Assembly: GCF_000150275.1 (NCBI RefSeq)
Contig: NW_002060949.1
Location: 271,861 to 335,860 of the forward strand
DNA length: 64,000 nucleotides
Direction: 5' to 3'
From: Trichoplax adhaerens
Taxonomy: Eukaryota; Animalia; Placozoa
Positions 1 to 14,600 of the stretch are shown here, one piece after another. The notes under the pieces were generated by a model. That model saw only the letters and a list, made by a program, of their open reading frames with translations, had not been told where the DNA came from and ran no database searches. Position 1 is the first letter of the stretch, and each line of letters starts with the position of its first letter. The translations under genes and the position numbers were made by a program.

Positions 1-3000
1 ACCATGGCAGTAACTTCGAAATGATATTGGGTGTACGGCTTCAGGTCTTCAATCATATAAGTTGTTTCACTAGCAGCAAGATCTGATATTACGTACTGTG
101 CTGACTTTGATTTGTTATCTTTCATCTTTTGACCAGTATATTTAATCTAGGAATGTAGTGGAATTTTAGTAAGCTACACAACATCCTTGAACTGTCATAT
201 ATCTTAAATGTACAATTACGCTGTAAAGTCTTAATTTTTCAATCAATACTTACAGTATATCCTATGATGTGTTTCTTCAATGATGAGATTACGCTCCAGT
301 TTAAAAATACGGAATTGCTTGTGACATTGTAAGCGATTACTGAACCCAACTGATCTCCATTAAATGAGATTGTAGTTTCAGTTGTCGTACTTGCTTTGGC
401 TAAAGAAGACAATCATAAAGACTTTTCATTAATTTTTAGTAGAATAGCATTTTAAATGTTACAAGGCATTTGCATACTATCTTAAATTGATAGTTTCTGG
501 ACATAATTAACTTAATTCTGTGGTGTATTTTATTGAAGAATGTTATAAATATAGAGAAATGGTAAATATCAGATGCTTGCATATAAAATATAGTAATTTC
601 TAGGATTAGGGACCGAGATTAGTTAATCTCTCATTCAATTTAAATTAGATTCATTTTCAAAGAAATTTAATCTATCATATGCAGCATTGTAGTACAGGAA
701 TAGAGTTTTGTGCAGATACAAAATTGACCATTTAGCTGACATTTAGTATTGACAAACAGCAAATGTTATAAAGTACAGTATTTGATGGGATAAAAATTCT
801 AAAATAATACCAAAATTACGTGTACTAATGAATTATCGATGACATTCTGCTGTATTTATCCTCCAAATACTACTAGATATGTAAAAATAATTGTTATATA
901 TCTCTATTAATGATCTATTAAACAAGATTTTAACTAAATTAATGGACTAATGAATTACCTGTCGCTGACGTTGCAGTAGTCTGAACTGTCGACGTACGAG
1001 TTGTAGATTTAGTCCCAATAAACGTACTAGTGGCTCTACTTGATGGAGTTGCTTCCTCTGCAGCATTTAAGTTACAAATTTAGCCAGTTAGTAAAATGAA
1101 GTGATACTTGATGAAGATCTAAGTTTTGATATTTCGTAGCTAGTCATAACATAATATAGATTCATTTTACTTACGAGGCTTCGTTGTTACTGTTATACTT
1201 GCTTCTTTACCAGTGCCAGCACTATTTTGAGCATTTATGCTAATTATATAGGTCGTATTTGGTACTAATAATGATAATACAGCCGTATTTAGAGCTTATG
1301 AAATGGCGTATTAATTACATATAAGATATTGATGAGACTTGAAAATGAAATAACTATGCTGAATAATAATCAGTACCGTAATCTTTCTTACTGCAAATAA
1401 TTATAGAAAATTGCGATAAATTTGGTTATACATGTATGTTTTTAAATTAAGTACGGTGCCTAAAAATTTAGTAATATCTTGTTATAAGCAAGTAAAATCG
1501 TATATTTTACTGTAATTGACAGTAATTTACGGATTAGAATTCTCCTAAACTATAGTATTAATTTATTCAGGTATACGACTAAGGAAAACTGATAGTATTT
1601 GTATAGTATGTGCCTTTATGTCGTCTTTAAATGAAGCATTAACAGTTTTAGCACTATATTATTGTTAAGGTGTGAAAACTATGTACGCTATATTTCATAA
1701 GATTTTAATTACTAACTAAGATTGAAAAAGCGAAAAAATGTTTGAAATCCGCTCAATCGGGTCACTCGGGCAATTTCATTCATTTGACGAATTGTCAGAT
1801 AGAAATTTGTCACTTCTTTAGCGTTAACGGTCCATTCGACATCGACTGTAGTACCGCTTAGCACTTTTGCAGTTATCTTTGGAGCCGAAGGAGCTGCAAG
1901 TACAATAAAGTAAATTTATATCTGCGAAAATTTTATTAGATATTGGACTAATGAGTATATTTATACTGAGTTGAGCTATGCAGACTGGATTATTGTGCTT
2001 AGTCTGCCATTGGTAGTAAAGGAGGAAATATTGTAAATATGATGTAGTATATCGAAAGTGCTTAAGTTATCGTATGAATTATCTAAATACAATACGAGTA
2101 TAAAATAAAGATAATTTTTAGCCAAAAGCTTACGAAGCGGTGCGGTTTTGATTTCGATTGTACTTGAAATGCCGTTTCCAGCTACATTAAATGGTATAAT
2201 GCTAATAACATAGGATCCTGAAGGCAGTAAATTCTTCACATAGCAGGTCTTTCCATATAAATGATTAAAATTTCATTTAGTGATACTTTGTTACAACTTA
2301 CTGGCTCATACACTCCTAGCAATCTGATATTACGGCTAGACAGTCCCATTACTTACATGCTGATTTTTAGCCAGGGTAAGCTCTCCTTCTTTGGTATCTA
2401 TTGCGCTCCTTTTATACCAGGTAACTGTATAACCATCAATAGACTGAGAACTAGATAATGTTGGTGGGTCCCATGAAATTTTTATCCACGTCGCATTTAA
2501 TTTATCTACGCGAATTTTGAACACGGCTGATGAAACTGTTGTGTTAAGAAAAAATTAAAAAAGATAATCTTCATTTAGTTTCTGATTTCTTCATTGCATA
2601 GGTAGGATATCACGGTATTTAGTATTTTACCTTCCGGGAAGGTTCTCACTGATATACTCCGACTTCGTTCACTGCGATAAAGAATATTTTCAACTTGAAG
2701 GCTGATTAAGTACTTTTTATTTGCCTTTAGCCCAGTATAAGTGTATTCGGTAATATTATAAGAAACCGTTTTGATGTCAAAATTAATATTATCCACTTTT
2801 TCTCGGATAAAAATTCTTATCGAACGTAACGGTCCGTTAAAGGTGTCAGGTGATGGTAGCTCCCACGAAATACGAATTGCATGTGGACTTATAACCGTTG
2901 CACTAATGCTAGTGGGTGGCTTGCTTGGCTCTATTGTCGCAATCAATATTTGAGGCACGTCAATGGAAAACTCAATGACGAACGTTAAAATTTACGATAC

Positions 3001-6000
3001 GTTACATGCAGCAAAGGCTATTGTGCAACATCTCTATTATTAATATATCAAATTTTCTATGGCTACGGCCCTAAACTTACTCTTAGGCGGGGTCTGGATG
3101 ATAATCACATTGCTCGATTGGCTCATCGACGTATTTGCTATCGCATAAATATATACAGTATAGTTACGGTAAGGTAGCAATGATCGCAGAACGAATGATT
3201 CCATTTTGGGAGTTTTAATAATTTTAGGTTTGTCGTAGGTATTGACGACAATCCCATATTGTTGAATAATGCTGATGCCATACTTTGGTTTTACCCAATT
3301 TAACTGTGCATCCCATTCTGAAATCATGGTAACGGTTAAATTCCTAGGATGGCTTGGTGCTATTTTCAGAAGAAAAATCAACGAAAGTTGAATGACAGCC
3401 AAAGTTAGATAATGTTCAAAAATTAGTTCTGTACGGATTGATAATTATATTTAATTAATTCTTAACAGGACTGTCTGTGTAATATAACTGCAGGTATACG
3501 TATATTAATTACAATTAGCAATAGTATTTTCGAGCATATTTAATCAAGTAGTTATTACTGCCCTTTGACGTCATTCTCACTTTTTGACAATTAAACAATC
3601 TATTTAATACATGTTGTATAGAATTATTAAGCAAGTAAAAAATTTAGATTTGAGATGAAATTCTCCAATTGAGACTTCCAAAGATCCGATATACTATCCT
3701 TACTCTAGATTTATATCCGCCATTAATCGCTAGGAAATCAAAAATAGCGTAAAAGAATTAATATGCCGAATTTACCTCCTTCTTGGACAGTAAAATTTGT
3801 TATTAAGGAGAAAGGTCCCTGTCCAGCTGAAGTTTTAGCCGCCATTGTTAACCAGTATGCAGTTCCATTTATTAAATTGGAGATAATCCTACTACCGAAT
3901 TCATCGTGATTAGAAACTTTAATGGTATTATTTGAACTTTGATCAGCTTCTCTAGCATATATGATGACATATTCCGTGATAATTCCATTGGGTTTTGATG
4001 GTGGATTCCACATTACTTCGACTGATTCATGATTTAAATTGTAAACCATCACATTTAACGGGGATGATGGTGCTGTCATAGAAATACAAATAATTGTTAT
4101 CCCAGTGATAAATTAAAATTACACACTGATATGAATTGGAAATGAATCAAGCATATCTAACTAAACTGATGTCTGTATTTGTGTAAAATAAATTCATGAA
4201 GCGGTTAAAATTGAGTTAAGATACGAAGAGTAATTATAATATGTGCGGTTGCTGAACTCTTATTTAACCTACCAGCTTCAGCAGTAGTTATCGTTAGGGT
4301 ATTGCTTGAATGGCTTTCCCCGTAATTATTTACAGAAGATAAATTAAATTGATAACGTGTAGCGGGTGATAGTTGGTCAACGAAAGTTTTTAATTCATCG
4401 TTATGGACAAAGATTACGGATGACCAGCGATCATTGTTCTTGGAGATATCCAATATCTTATAACGGAGAATATAACGATCAACCTTTTGATGGATATTTC
4501 CAGAAATCTGCGTAGACTGCAACTGCCAGCGTAGAATGAAATTTCTTGATGTGATATTTGTAGCTATTAAATTTTCAGGTGGGATTGGTAAATCTTATCA
4601 CATGAAATATAAATTACATATTAGAAGAATACAGCATCTTCTTAAAGGATGTATTTTGTTTAATATTCAGTGAAGCTAGTTTCAAATCTTCGTTCTTAAA
4701 TGATGATTGTATCTCTTACCTACAATGATAATCTTAAAATATCTGGTGTCTTGACCAAGTGAATTGGATGCTTTACAAGTGCATGTTATGTTAGATGTTA
4801 ACTTACGTAAAATAATTACTGGAGCACTTTCCAATGGATATGCACCAGTTGAATTTATGCATTTCCATTGTATACTAGGTGTTGGATAACCTTCAATGGT
4901 ACAATTTATTCTAATACTGTTTCCTCGAATCATAGTCAAATTTTTCGAAAATTCATTAATAGCGGGTGGTCGATCTCGTTCTATTATAGGGAATTTATAG
5001 AATTAGAATTACTTAAGTGTTTAATCCAGGAAATTTGTAATAGAGATTATCCTAAGTAATTACAATATTGTAGTACTAATTTCTGTTTCTCAAACTTACC
5101 TGTAACATGATAATAAACTCTCTTACTAAAATAGCTACCATGCTGATTTCGAGCTGCACATCCATAGGTTCCATCATCCGATGCTATAGCAGAATAAATT
5201 ATTAAACTACCATTTTTAGCTATAAAGATGCGTCCTTGGTGATCTAATATATTAATTTCCATGTAATTCTTTTCCCAAATAACTTTGGGATATGGATTTC
5301 CTATCGCATTGCAAATTATTTCCTTCCTGTTTCCAAGTATGAAGGGACGAGATCCAGTCTCCGGTCCAGATATAATATTAGGAAAACCCTCTGGTTTATT
5401 TTCAGCTGAAATCAATTGAATCGTAGAAATATTAATAAAAATAGGCCTCAATGTTGATTCATAATAAAATAATAAGTTACAATAAGACAATACTTTCGAT
5501 CTTGAACTACTAGCTAACATATTCATATGAAACTTTAAAAATGCAAACGTTTATATTTTTCGGGATTAATTATATCAACGTATATTCAATACAGTATGTT
5601 TACTTCAAATTCGCAGAGCATTCCATAAATAACTATTTACTGTATTATCGTCTTCATAGACGCAATATCTATATTCTAATATTTGAATATTAAAATGGCC
5701 TTGCCTGGAATAGCTATAATTTTTGCAACTGCCGTGGCAGGTTCACCAATGCCATTATCAGCAACACACGTATAATTCGCTGAACCTTGCTTAACTTCGA
5801 AAATTCGCAATTGTGATGGGCCATTAATAAAAGTTTCGGTCTTCTTATAGGGATCATCATCTCGAATTACACGATTATTAATTAGCCACGAATAAGATGG
5901 TGGTGGAGATCCATCAGCGTAGCATGAAATAAAAATACTGGATTTTACTTCTACGACTGTTGATTTTGGAGGACGCGTTATTTTCGGTGCTGAACCTATC

Positions 6001-9000
6001 ATGACAGCAACATAACATGATATAGTTAACGATAGTTTAATTTGATTATAATAGTTTATATCGAAGTCATTGTTAAACCGTTAGTAATTTCAGATTACAG
6101 TATTATCGATTATCATTCCTCAAGTTAGCTTAATCCATAAATTCTATCTATAGTTTTATAAGACTCTATCGGTGATGTACACAAAAATATCATGAAGAAC
6201 CGGTAGAGATGAAAGCTTTATGCGTCCATGTCAAGCGTAGTGAAGCTGAGCTATAGCATTTAAATCATCGCAAACACCACGCTTTACGAACACAAATTAT
6301 TTACTAGTCACCTTAGAGTTGCTGTTGTAAACTTACAGTATATCACATGAAGAAATTTAATTGTCGCGCAATTATGGCTTATATCAGTTTTGATTATTGC
6401 TTTTTTGTTGCTTAATCATGGTCTGCATTTATAATACAGCACTTAAATAATCTCATAAGTTTAGAATTAGAAAATTGATAGACTTAAGACCTCAAATCTT
6501 GCTTAAGAACGAGAAATGTAAGCGCCTTTCTTATAGCAATGAATCACAAGTCGAAAAAATATTTTAAGTCACCTTACTGTTATATACTGTATAATCTTTC
6601 AGGTTCAAGATTTCGTCTCCATCCTAACTTTAGATTTTAAACTGCTAGTAATTATTTTCTATGACAGAGTACCGTGTCATAATATTATGATAATATGAAC
6701 TAATCTCTTCGTAACAGTGCTGAATAAATGAACAAATGATTGATGTGTTTACTATCCGTAGTGGCATTATGGTACAAAGCATTACAAAATCTGCATATTT
6801 TTACGAGTGTTAAGAAGATATGAAGGAAACTAGATTAGATTATACTGTATCATATGCAAAAGAAAGGTTGATTGTATCTTGCAATGCTTAAATACGTCGA
6901 TACACACGATCTTAAACGAAAAAACTTATCTTTTTATGTCGTTTGTAAATAATGCTAAAGTATGATTCATATTAACATTTACAAGGGTGTAAATTATTGC
7001 AACTTAACATAAAAAATTTAACCCTAAAATTAGTAAGATTTAGTATAGTATTTTTAATACACGACAACATGTGTCGTTTTACGTAAAATTTAACGATGAC
7101 TTACTACCTCAAAACGTGTGGCAATTGCAAAATTAAACTACTATTAATTCAGCACATTACATATCAAATTCACTTTTTTCCACCGAAATAACAACCGTGC
7201 ATCTTTTATCACTCTCATTTATTTATGACAAATAAATTTGCAAGTTTATTTCTAATCAGTTGACAGGCTACTAAGCAGCAGCATAGCTAACGCACTATTT
7301 ATATAAACTACGGCAATGGACTATTATGAAGCTAAAACAAATACTATCGCATACAGTAGACTATATCATAAAATTTACTAATTTTCTTCCCTCAAGTAGT
7401 TTCTCTAACTGCAAATAATGAAATTAGACCTATTCTAATTAAGTGATTATAATATGTAAGCTAAAAAATTAGTATATGGTTTCGGGTAATTTTTATCTTC
7501 TTATACTATAAAATTGTTTTAGCAGTTTAAAATCAAATCGGTAAACGCAGCGTGAAGGTACCGGCCGTTATTATATTTTATCTCATGAGCTGGCTTTTCT
7601 TGGCACTATTTTTTTGAAGTGAAAATCGAAATAAAGACTACATATATAGTAAGAGAACAAATATCTACGTAGATACAAAATTCTTAGAATATTATAACAG
7701 TAAATATCGAAGTGGTTTTGACTGCGAATACATTCAGTGATAGCCTAATGGCCTATTTTGCTCATATATTGTGGCGAGATTAATTTTGAATTTAATGTTT
7801 GGGAGTCAGCGTTGTAAAAACTACAAGCTCAAATTTAGAGCTAATAAAATATTTTAATTATCACCAACATAGATTTACTTATCTAAGGAAAGCTGTGGGC
7901 TAAAAAGCTTGTTGTGTAATTTAAGTTTATTTCACGCTGTCACTATGTAGTAGGGTGGATATAATCAGTATATCAGTATGTCATAAGTAGTCTGATTATA
8001 AACTATGCGCAATGTTTCGTTAATCGAAGTCATGGATTTACCAGTCTGGAAAGCACTAAAAGCAATTTTTTTAACAAAAACGAAAAAGTTTGAACTTTAT
8101 ATTGTTAGATTAAGGTAATTCCTTATGGTAGGTGCAAAATTATTAAATTTTTTTGAAATTCATTTTAGCCGCAATTAACTTAAAATTGTAGTTATATCAG
8201 GATTTAATAGTAAAATTTTAAAGTTTTGGAAGATTTTATCAATAAAAGTAATATACTAGAATTAGAGTAAGTATGGTGCTCTCAGCTGTAGAATTAAAAA
8301 AATTCTTTATATTTACCCGAGCATGGAAATAAAAGCAATAATTTTGTATCTGGAACTGAATATTTGCAGTAAAAGGGTTTTGAACCTACGGTTTTTAATC
8401 CCTACCTTGAGCCGCTGCCGCCGCTGTGCAAGTTGTTAATAGGAATAGTAAAATCCATGCCATAGTTACGACATGAAGATTATTTTTCGGTTGGTTGGCT
8501 ATCATCACGATAAAAATTGTATGATTACCATTGCCTTATTATCGAATTCGTATTCTATTTTCCATCGAAATTATTTCCTATCTGCGTACAAGCTGAGAAC
8601 CAATTTGATTAAAAGTATTTTTAGTGACTTAACTATTAATTTGTATAACATAAATAGCCAGGTGGTGTTTCAAGCTGTTAAATTCAAGCTTATTGTATGT
8701 TACCAATGTGTCATTCCGGTATACTTTTGAATATTGATTAGTAATGTCTTGCCTACTTTAAGGCTATTACTAATTGATTACCATATTTAATATAAGGTTA
8801 GACAAATACGGTAACGATGCCTCAGTCATCAAATAGCATGAAAGATCTTTTATAGAAAAACATCATGATGGTAATGGTGACTAATGGTTTCTATGCTGTA
8901 ATCCTTATTGGATATTCCTATTGATCATTGCTGGGAGTATTTGTTGATTCTCTTGTCTAATTATTCACTCAGATTAACCGTAAATATTGTATTGTCAAAT

Positions 9001-10301
9001 GTGATCACTGATCGTTTGTGCAGATTAAATGTTCGTACAAGATTTATAACTTGGCATCGATAGGATTATTCTAAACTACAATATTTTTTCTACACCTACG
9101 CGATGTTAGAATATTTTCATTCTACATAAATATGAAGTAGACACATAATTTCGAAAATTGTTTTCATTTACTGATCAATTCTTTTAGCCTCAATGTCTTG
9201 CAAAAGTTGCTGTTAATTGTACTTTATGTTTTTAAGGCAATATTTGTAACTCTATACAAACAGTACAACCACATAATTACTAAGCAAAAAGGGGGCTATA
9301 CCTGTCAATCAAATGCTTTCAGCAAGAAATTAAATACAATCAGGCAATAAAGTGACTACGCGGTCCATTGGCGTTGGTATTGTAACAAAAGCTATTATGC
9401 CGTTTATTTGTTACAATTTAATTTGAATAATTAATGGAGATACAACAATTCTTGGCCCACTAAAATTGTCAACATTACATTATGCTATAGGCTACTTTCG
9501 ATGATATACAGTATATCAAACTGGGGCTAAATGACGTAGAAATCTACTCTATAGAACTAGGCAGTAAATATATAGCAGTTTGGGAAGTACTACATCGTCA
9601 TCAATTTCTTTCTTTGTTACAATATAGATGATGCATACTAGAAACAATAGCGTACATCTAAAAGGCTTGCTAAATTGACCGCACGTAATCATTCTGTTAA
9701 CTTTCATGTGTTATACTAATCACTATTAATTGAAATGTTTATTACGGTAGTCCTTCTTCGGTTACATTATATGCTACACTTTATTAATATGATAGTACTT
9801 TCCAGAATAATTCTGAATAATTCTGTTTTAATTAAAAATTTAAGATTAATTGGTAAACGCAGACACTTAACTGAAATTAGACTATTTTATATTACGTATT
9901 GAACCACGATTTCTTCTACTCAAAATGGGTGCTGCAATGTCTTTTTTACTTCAGTCAAGGATAGACTTGCTTTCAGAAATGGTTAAAATCAAATAATTAA
10001 AAAGGAAGATGAAGAAGCAGTATGCTCCTTCCGCATTTGAAAAGGCAAGGTGGAGCTGACAAAGACCTATGTACAAAACTTGTTTGCCTATAACGACAAA
10101 TGATGCCGCTAAAACCTAGATTAGAGCTTTGTTGCTGTACATCGATACTGTTATTAAAACAATTTTTATAACAATTAGATATGTACTGGTTCCTGACGGG
10201 CCGAAAAATTTCTTACAGGCAGTTACAAATAAAAGCGCGATTCTTAATGTGATGGTCGAAAGTATACTGTAGTCTTGACTAACAGTAAAATTTTTGACCA
10301 T
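1..10301 (-). CDS. LAR/type-IIa receptor protein tyrosine phosphatase-like gene, 5' part (signal peptide, Ig x3, FN3 x7+, Ser/Thr linker); continues beyond position 1
   Basis: Frame-compatible spliced exons: 10217-10301 (candidate signal peptide), 8406-8423 (microexon), 5705-5995 Ig1, 5100-5405 Ig2, 4720-4980 Ig3, FN3 exons 4273-4593, 3776-4072, 3081-3359, 2631-2930, 2357-2535+2134-2248, 1717-1893+1175-1264, S/T linker 959-1057, FN3 254-399+<1-146. The Ig1-Ig2 junction ENKPEGFPNIISGP resembles the LAR-family LPxGFPxIDMGP motif, and 3 Ig followed by FN3s is the type-IIa layout. No PTP domain lies in the window, so phosphatase status is inferred. The first two exons are less certain. Confidence 0.8.
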
Positions 10302-11644
10302 ATGGATTATTCTAAATTTTTACTTATAGTAGCCCGAAGTGAGAGCTTAAAAACGGTGTGGAGAATAAATATCACGCTGTTTTCTATTATAGTTATGCAA
10401 AGCGATGTTCTTCAGGATACACAATGAACTTTTATAGCATATTCTATTTTCTATAAGTTAATCAAATAACGTGGTAATGATTTCTTGGAATCCTTAGATT
10501 GCGCATATGATTAATAAATTGCTTTTCGTTCACAAGATTATGTTGTGTGTTATCCTATATTCACTTGTATAGTATTATTACAATCTACAAACCAGAGCTG
10601 GGAGGTTAAAATTAGGACAATACACATATCAATAGCAATTTAGATATGATGTAACCAAAACATTTGTCAATGTCTTTGTTAAACTTATTAGCTATATCTC
10701 TATTAACTTCTGCTAGCCTTATAACTAGCTATTTTTCTCTATGTATAGCTATTTAAAATCTTTACCGATTATAAGCAGACTATTTGTAAAAGAGTATGCA
10801 ACAATGAATTGAAGCCTAATTCTTGTTATGAAATCTACATCGAACGATACAAAGCTGCATCGCGAACTTTCAATCTGCTGTTTTCCGATTGGATATTAAT
10901 TTACAGATAGTTACGATATAACATTTGCTGATGATGATAATAATAGCAAGGTAACGTCGTTATTAGAGTCAACTATATTTGCTTAAATAGAAATAATTAA
11001 AAATTAAAAAAATTTTAATCAGCTTTATTAATATATTAAGTAGGCACTTGAGTAATAGCAGATATAGTAGTTCCAAATTTGTTAAAATATTAAAAGTAAG
11101 TCAGCATATTGTAGTTTGTTCATGTTAAATAATAAGAAGCTATAATTAATATTGCATAAATAGTGTTTGCCATATTTTGGAGAAACAATGGTTAATACTG
11201 ATATTAACTTAACAGGAGCACGGCCTATGGGCTTGTACTACTTCTTAAATTGATAGGATTTAATAAAATGCTTTAAATAAAGCACTCAAATGATTTTTCG
11301 GTCATTTGATTAAAAAAATAATTTAAATAATTATCACTTGAACATGTTATAGCATCTGCGTATGTGCTTTTTATGTACTTAAGATAAAAAACCGCGCCGA
11401 TTAAGTTACTGTAGTAACAGTATATGGAAAGCGCGGTATATTACCAACGATTTTGTATAAAGCAAGACGCGATTGGAGTTTTTGATCTGGGAATGTTCAG
11501 TTCGCTCCCTATGTACATTTGCCACTTTTTTTTAATTTTACATGCTACGATGGCCCTTTTATATGGTTGATCAATAGTTCAGAGGATTTAAATAAGTAAG
11601 AAGAAATAATATTCCGCTATGATCTTTTGATACAACAATTTCCA

Positions 11645-14600
11645 TTAAATCCAAAAGCTGCTTCGGTCGTGTTGTGATAGTTGGCGTCTCATTTGATATA
11701 ATGAAATAGAATCACGAACATCATCTTTAACTTGGTATTGATATTTTAAGCTATCGGTTTCTTCTTGTTCGTCTGCATGCGTTTGAACGTAGAATAGTTG
11801 TATTAGTAATAAATTTTATCACTTCTATTTTAATTAGAGTAATGTATAATTTAACCACACTCAGACTGAACGGAAAACATCAATCGTCGACGTTAACATT
11901 TCATTAATTAAATTTTGCTCATATTTATGCTGACTAACCGTTGCCAATATCGATGTGTGAACAGCTATGACACATACTGTCGTCATAATCTAGTCCAACA
12001 TAACCTGATTCATGATCTTGATCGAAAGTGTTACTGGGAATCTGGCAAGTTTTATTATATGAGGCAATTTATTAATAATGTCAGCAAACGATTCAGCATA
12101 AGAGGATTATTAAAAAAACTTCTCAGAAAATAATATAATTGGTGTACTGAATTTAAATTAAGCCCTGTGAAATTCTTTAACTGCAATTGATTCGCACGCT
12201 AGTTGCAAGGATTTATTAAGTCATTTCGCTTGCAATTCTTACCTTTTCGTCAGTTGGATATTTACAAGTTATGATGCGCAATTGAGGTTCGGAATCTTGT
12301 GAAGGCTTTTCTTGGGACGATTCTCGAGTTTGATCAATCGATATTGAGTTAGGATAATGAACCGAACAATTATGAGGACGCAATTGTGCTTCATTATTGC
12401 CCTATATCATATTAATTAACAGAAAATTACTGTAATATCTGTGATAACAGATAGGACTATTAAATCCTTCTGATTCTATGATGGCGACTGCGTACGATAA
12501 TTCTTCAAAGAACTGAATTATTTTTCGTTACAGCAATAGTTTTTACCATATCAGATTCGATATTGCAGCTATTGGCTGGCTTATTTTCAGTTTTAGGGTT
12601 TCTGATCGTATTCTCGAACAATGTCTTATTAGTTTTGTCGTTCTTGTCCTCCGTTTTAGTATAGTCTGATTGGATATTAGCTTTAACTGTTAAACAATTT
12701 TAAAAGTCCATTTGCAGAAAGAAAACTATGCATCAGAACCTTATTCCCAACAAGCATGCTATATGACAATTCAATAATGTGGTTGATATCAAATAAGACT
12801 AACCTGGATATTTAACTATGGTTTTCAAATTTCTCTGCGAAGATGTTTTGTTATGAATGCGCCGAACAGCGACAGGATGCTTATTCTTGTAGAATTTTCT
12901 GGAAACAATAGCAAAGATTTTTGGAAATTTATTTATAATTATGATACTTTCTGTCACGTAGACAGAGTTCATTCTTAGGTGAATTGTTAGAATTTAATTG
13001 TCCATTAAACTAGGATAAGCAAATTTTGACTGAGATTGATTTCATTCCTAAAATGTTATGAATTTGAGTTGCATCTTACCTGACTATAACCGCGACGAGA
13101 ACTATCAATACAACTGTTAGAAGGGCACTTCCAGCTATAATGATTATTGGAAGTGAAATTATGACCTGAAGTTCAAGTTCCAGACTATCCTCGATACCTA
13201 AGTTCAATATAGATCCATTAATTCTTATTCATTAGAACCGGAATTTAGCTGATAGTTCTGGTAAGTATGAATTCGTATTGAAAAATAGCAAGATGTAAGC
13301 ATAATTCTAATCGCTAAGTGTAGTTACCTGGCAACTGTACCATATGACTGGACGTATAAAGTAACGAATCCTATATTATATAGAAATAAAATAACATTAG
13401 GAGCTAAAAGATAATGATATCTAGTAATTACTTCGATGATAATTGTGGATGACTGCATAATTTAGAAATTACTAGCTACAATAATTATCAAAAAATATTC
13501 ATGTACTACATCAGAACTTACTTTGACTTGATTTGTTTTTACATAAGCTCTTAGTATTGCTGCATATTTTATATTAGATAACAAAGGACGATTGTAGATA
13601 CTATTTGACGTCGTATTATCGCCAATAGTAAAATTTATTGGTAGTTCTTGAGGCGAAAATCTTGCTGTTACATATGCTGGCAGGTCGATGTGGCGAAACT
13701 GAATGCCCAGGAGTCGATTTAAAAACTGAGGATTTAAATCCTCGAGATTATAGACTGGCAATAATTTTTTATCACGGCCAACTACAATCAATTTTATGAT
13801 AATTAAATCATAGTAGCTAGGAAAAAGTTAAGCATAAAATTGTTAACATAAATTCGATACCTTTTCAGTGAGCTCAATTTATCATGTTGAAAATGGTTGA
13901 GTAATTTTTGAATTCGCAATAACAAGTTATTGTACTAGAGTTACCTAATTGGACCATAAGCTTCCGAAACTTTAGGTATTTGCACTAGTACCTGATACGA
14001 TTGATTCTGATTCGGTAAGAACTTTAATTTCAAAACATGAATTTTTTCTACAGCAACCGGCGCTAAATAAGCGGTATGTCGGCGTTAATGTAAAAAATAC
14101 GGTAACTTACGGAAGCTTCTTGAAGTAATTTCTTGACATAAATCACTTATCAATTGAAATATATTTACCCAATTTTTCGGTAGTAAACTGGATATCGCTT
14201 TGTAGTATCCTACTGTCATTCATGATTACAGCAATGTGACCGTGATAAGTAGTAAAAGGCAGCAATTTGGTAATTCTGCAGGAGGTTATGTTAACCATGA
14301 GAAGTTTGCGAATTGATTGCTTGCGTAAATTACTGTTTGCATCTTTACTAGATGCTGCCAACGAAATCTATAAATTAAAGCGGCAAGTTACAGGTAAAAT
14401 ATGCTCAATAAATATTTTACAATTTATCTGCTATATATTATATTGCATTAATTAATATACAGTCCTACCTCATAATGATCAAATTTGCTTCCTGAAGATA
14501 GATTTGGATATCTCCAATTCAAGATTATAGAATTTGGCATAATGTTATCGATGCTAAGGTTAAATTGGTTATATGCTGCAATATTCACAAAAAATATATT

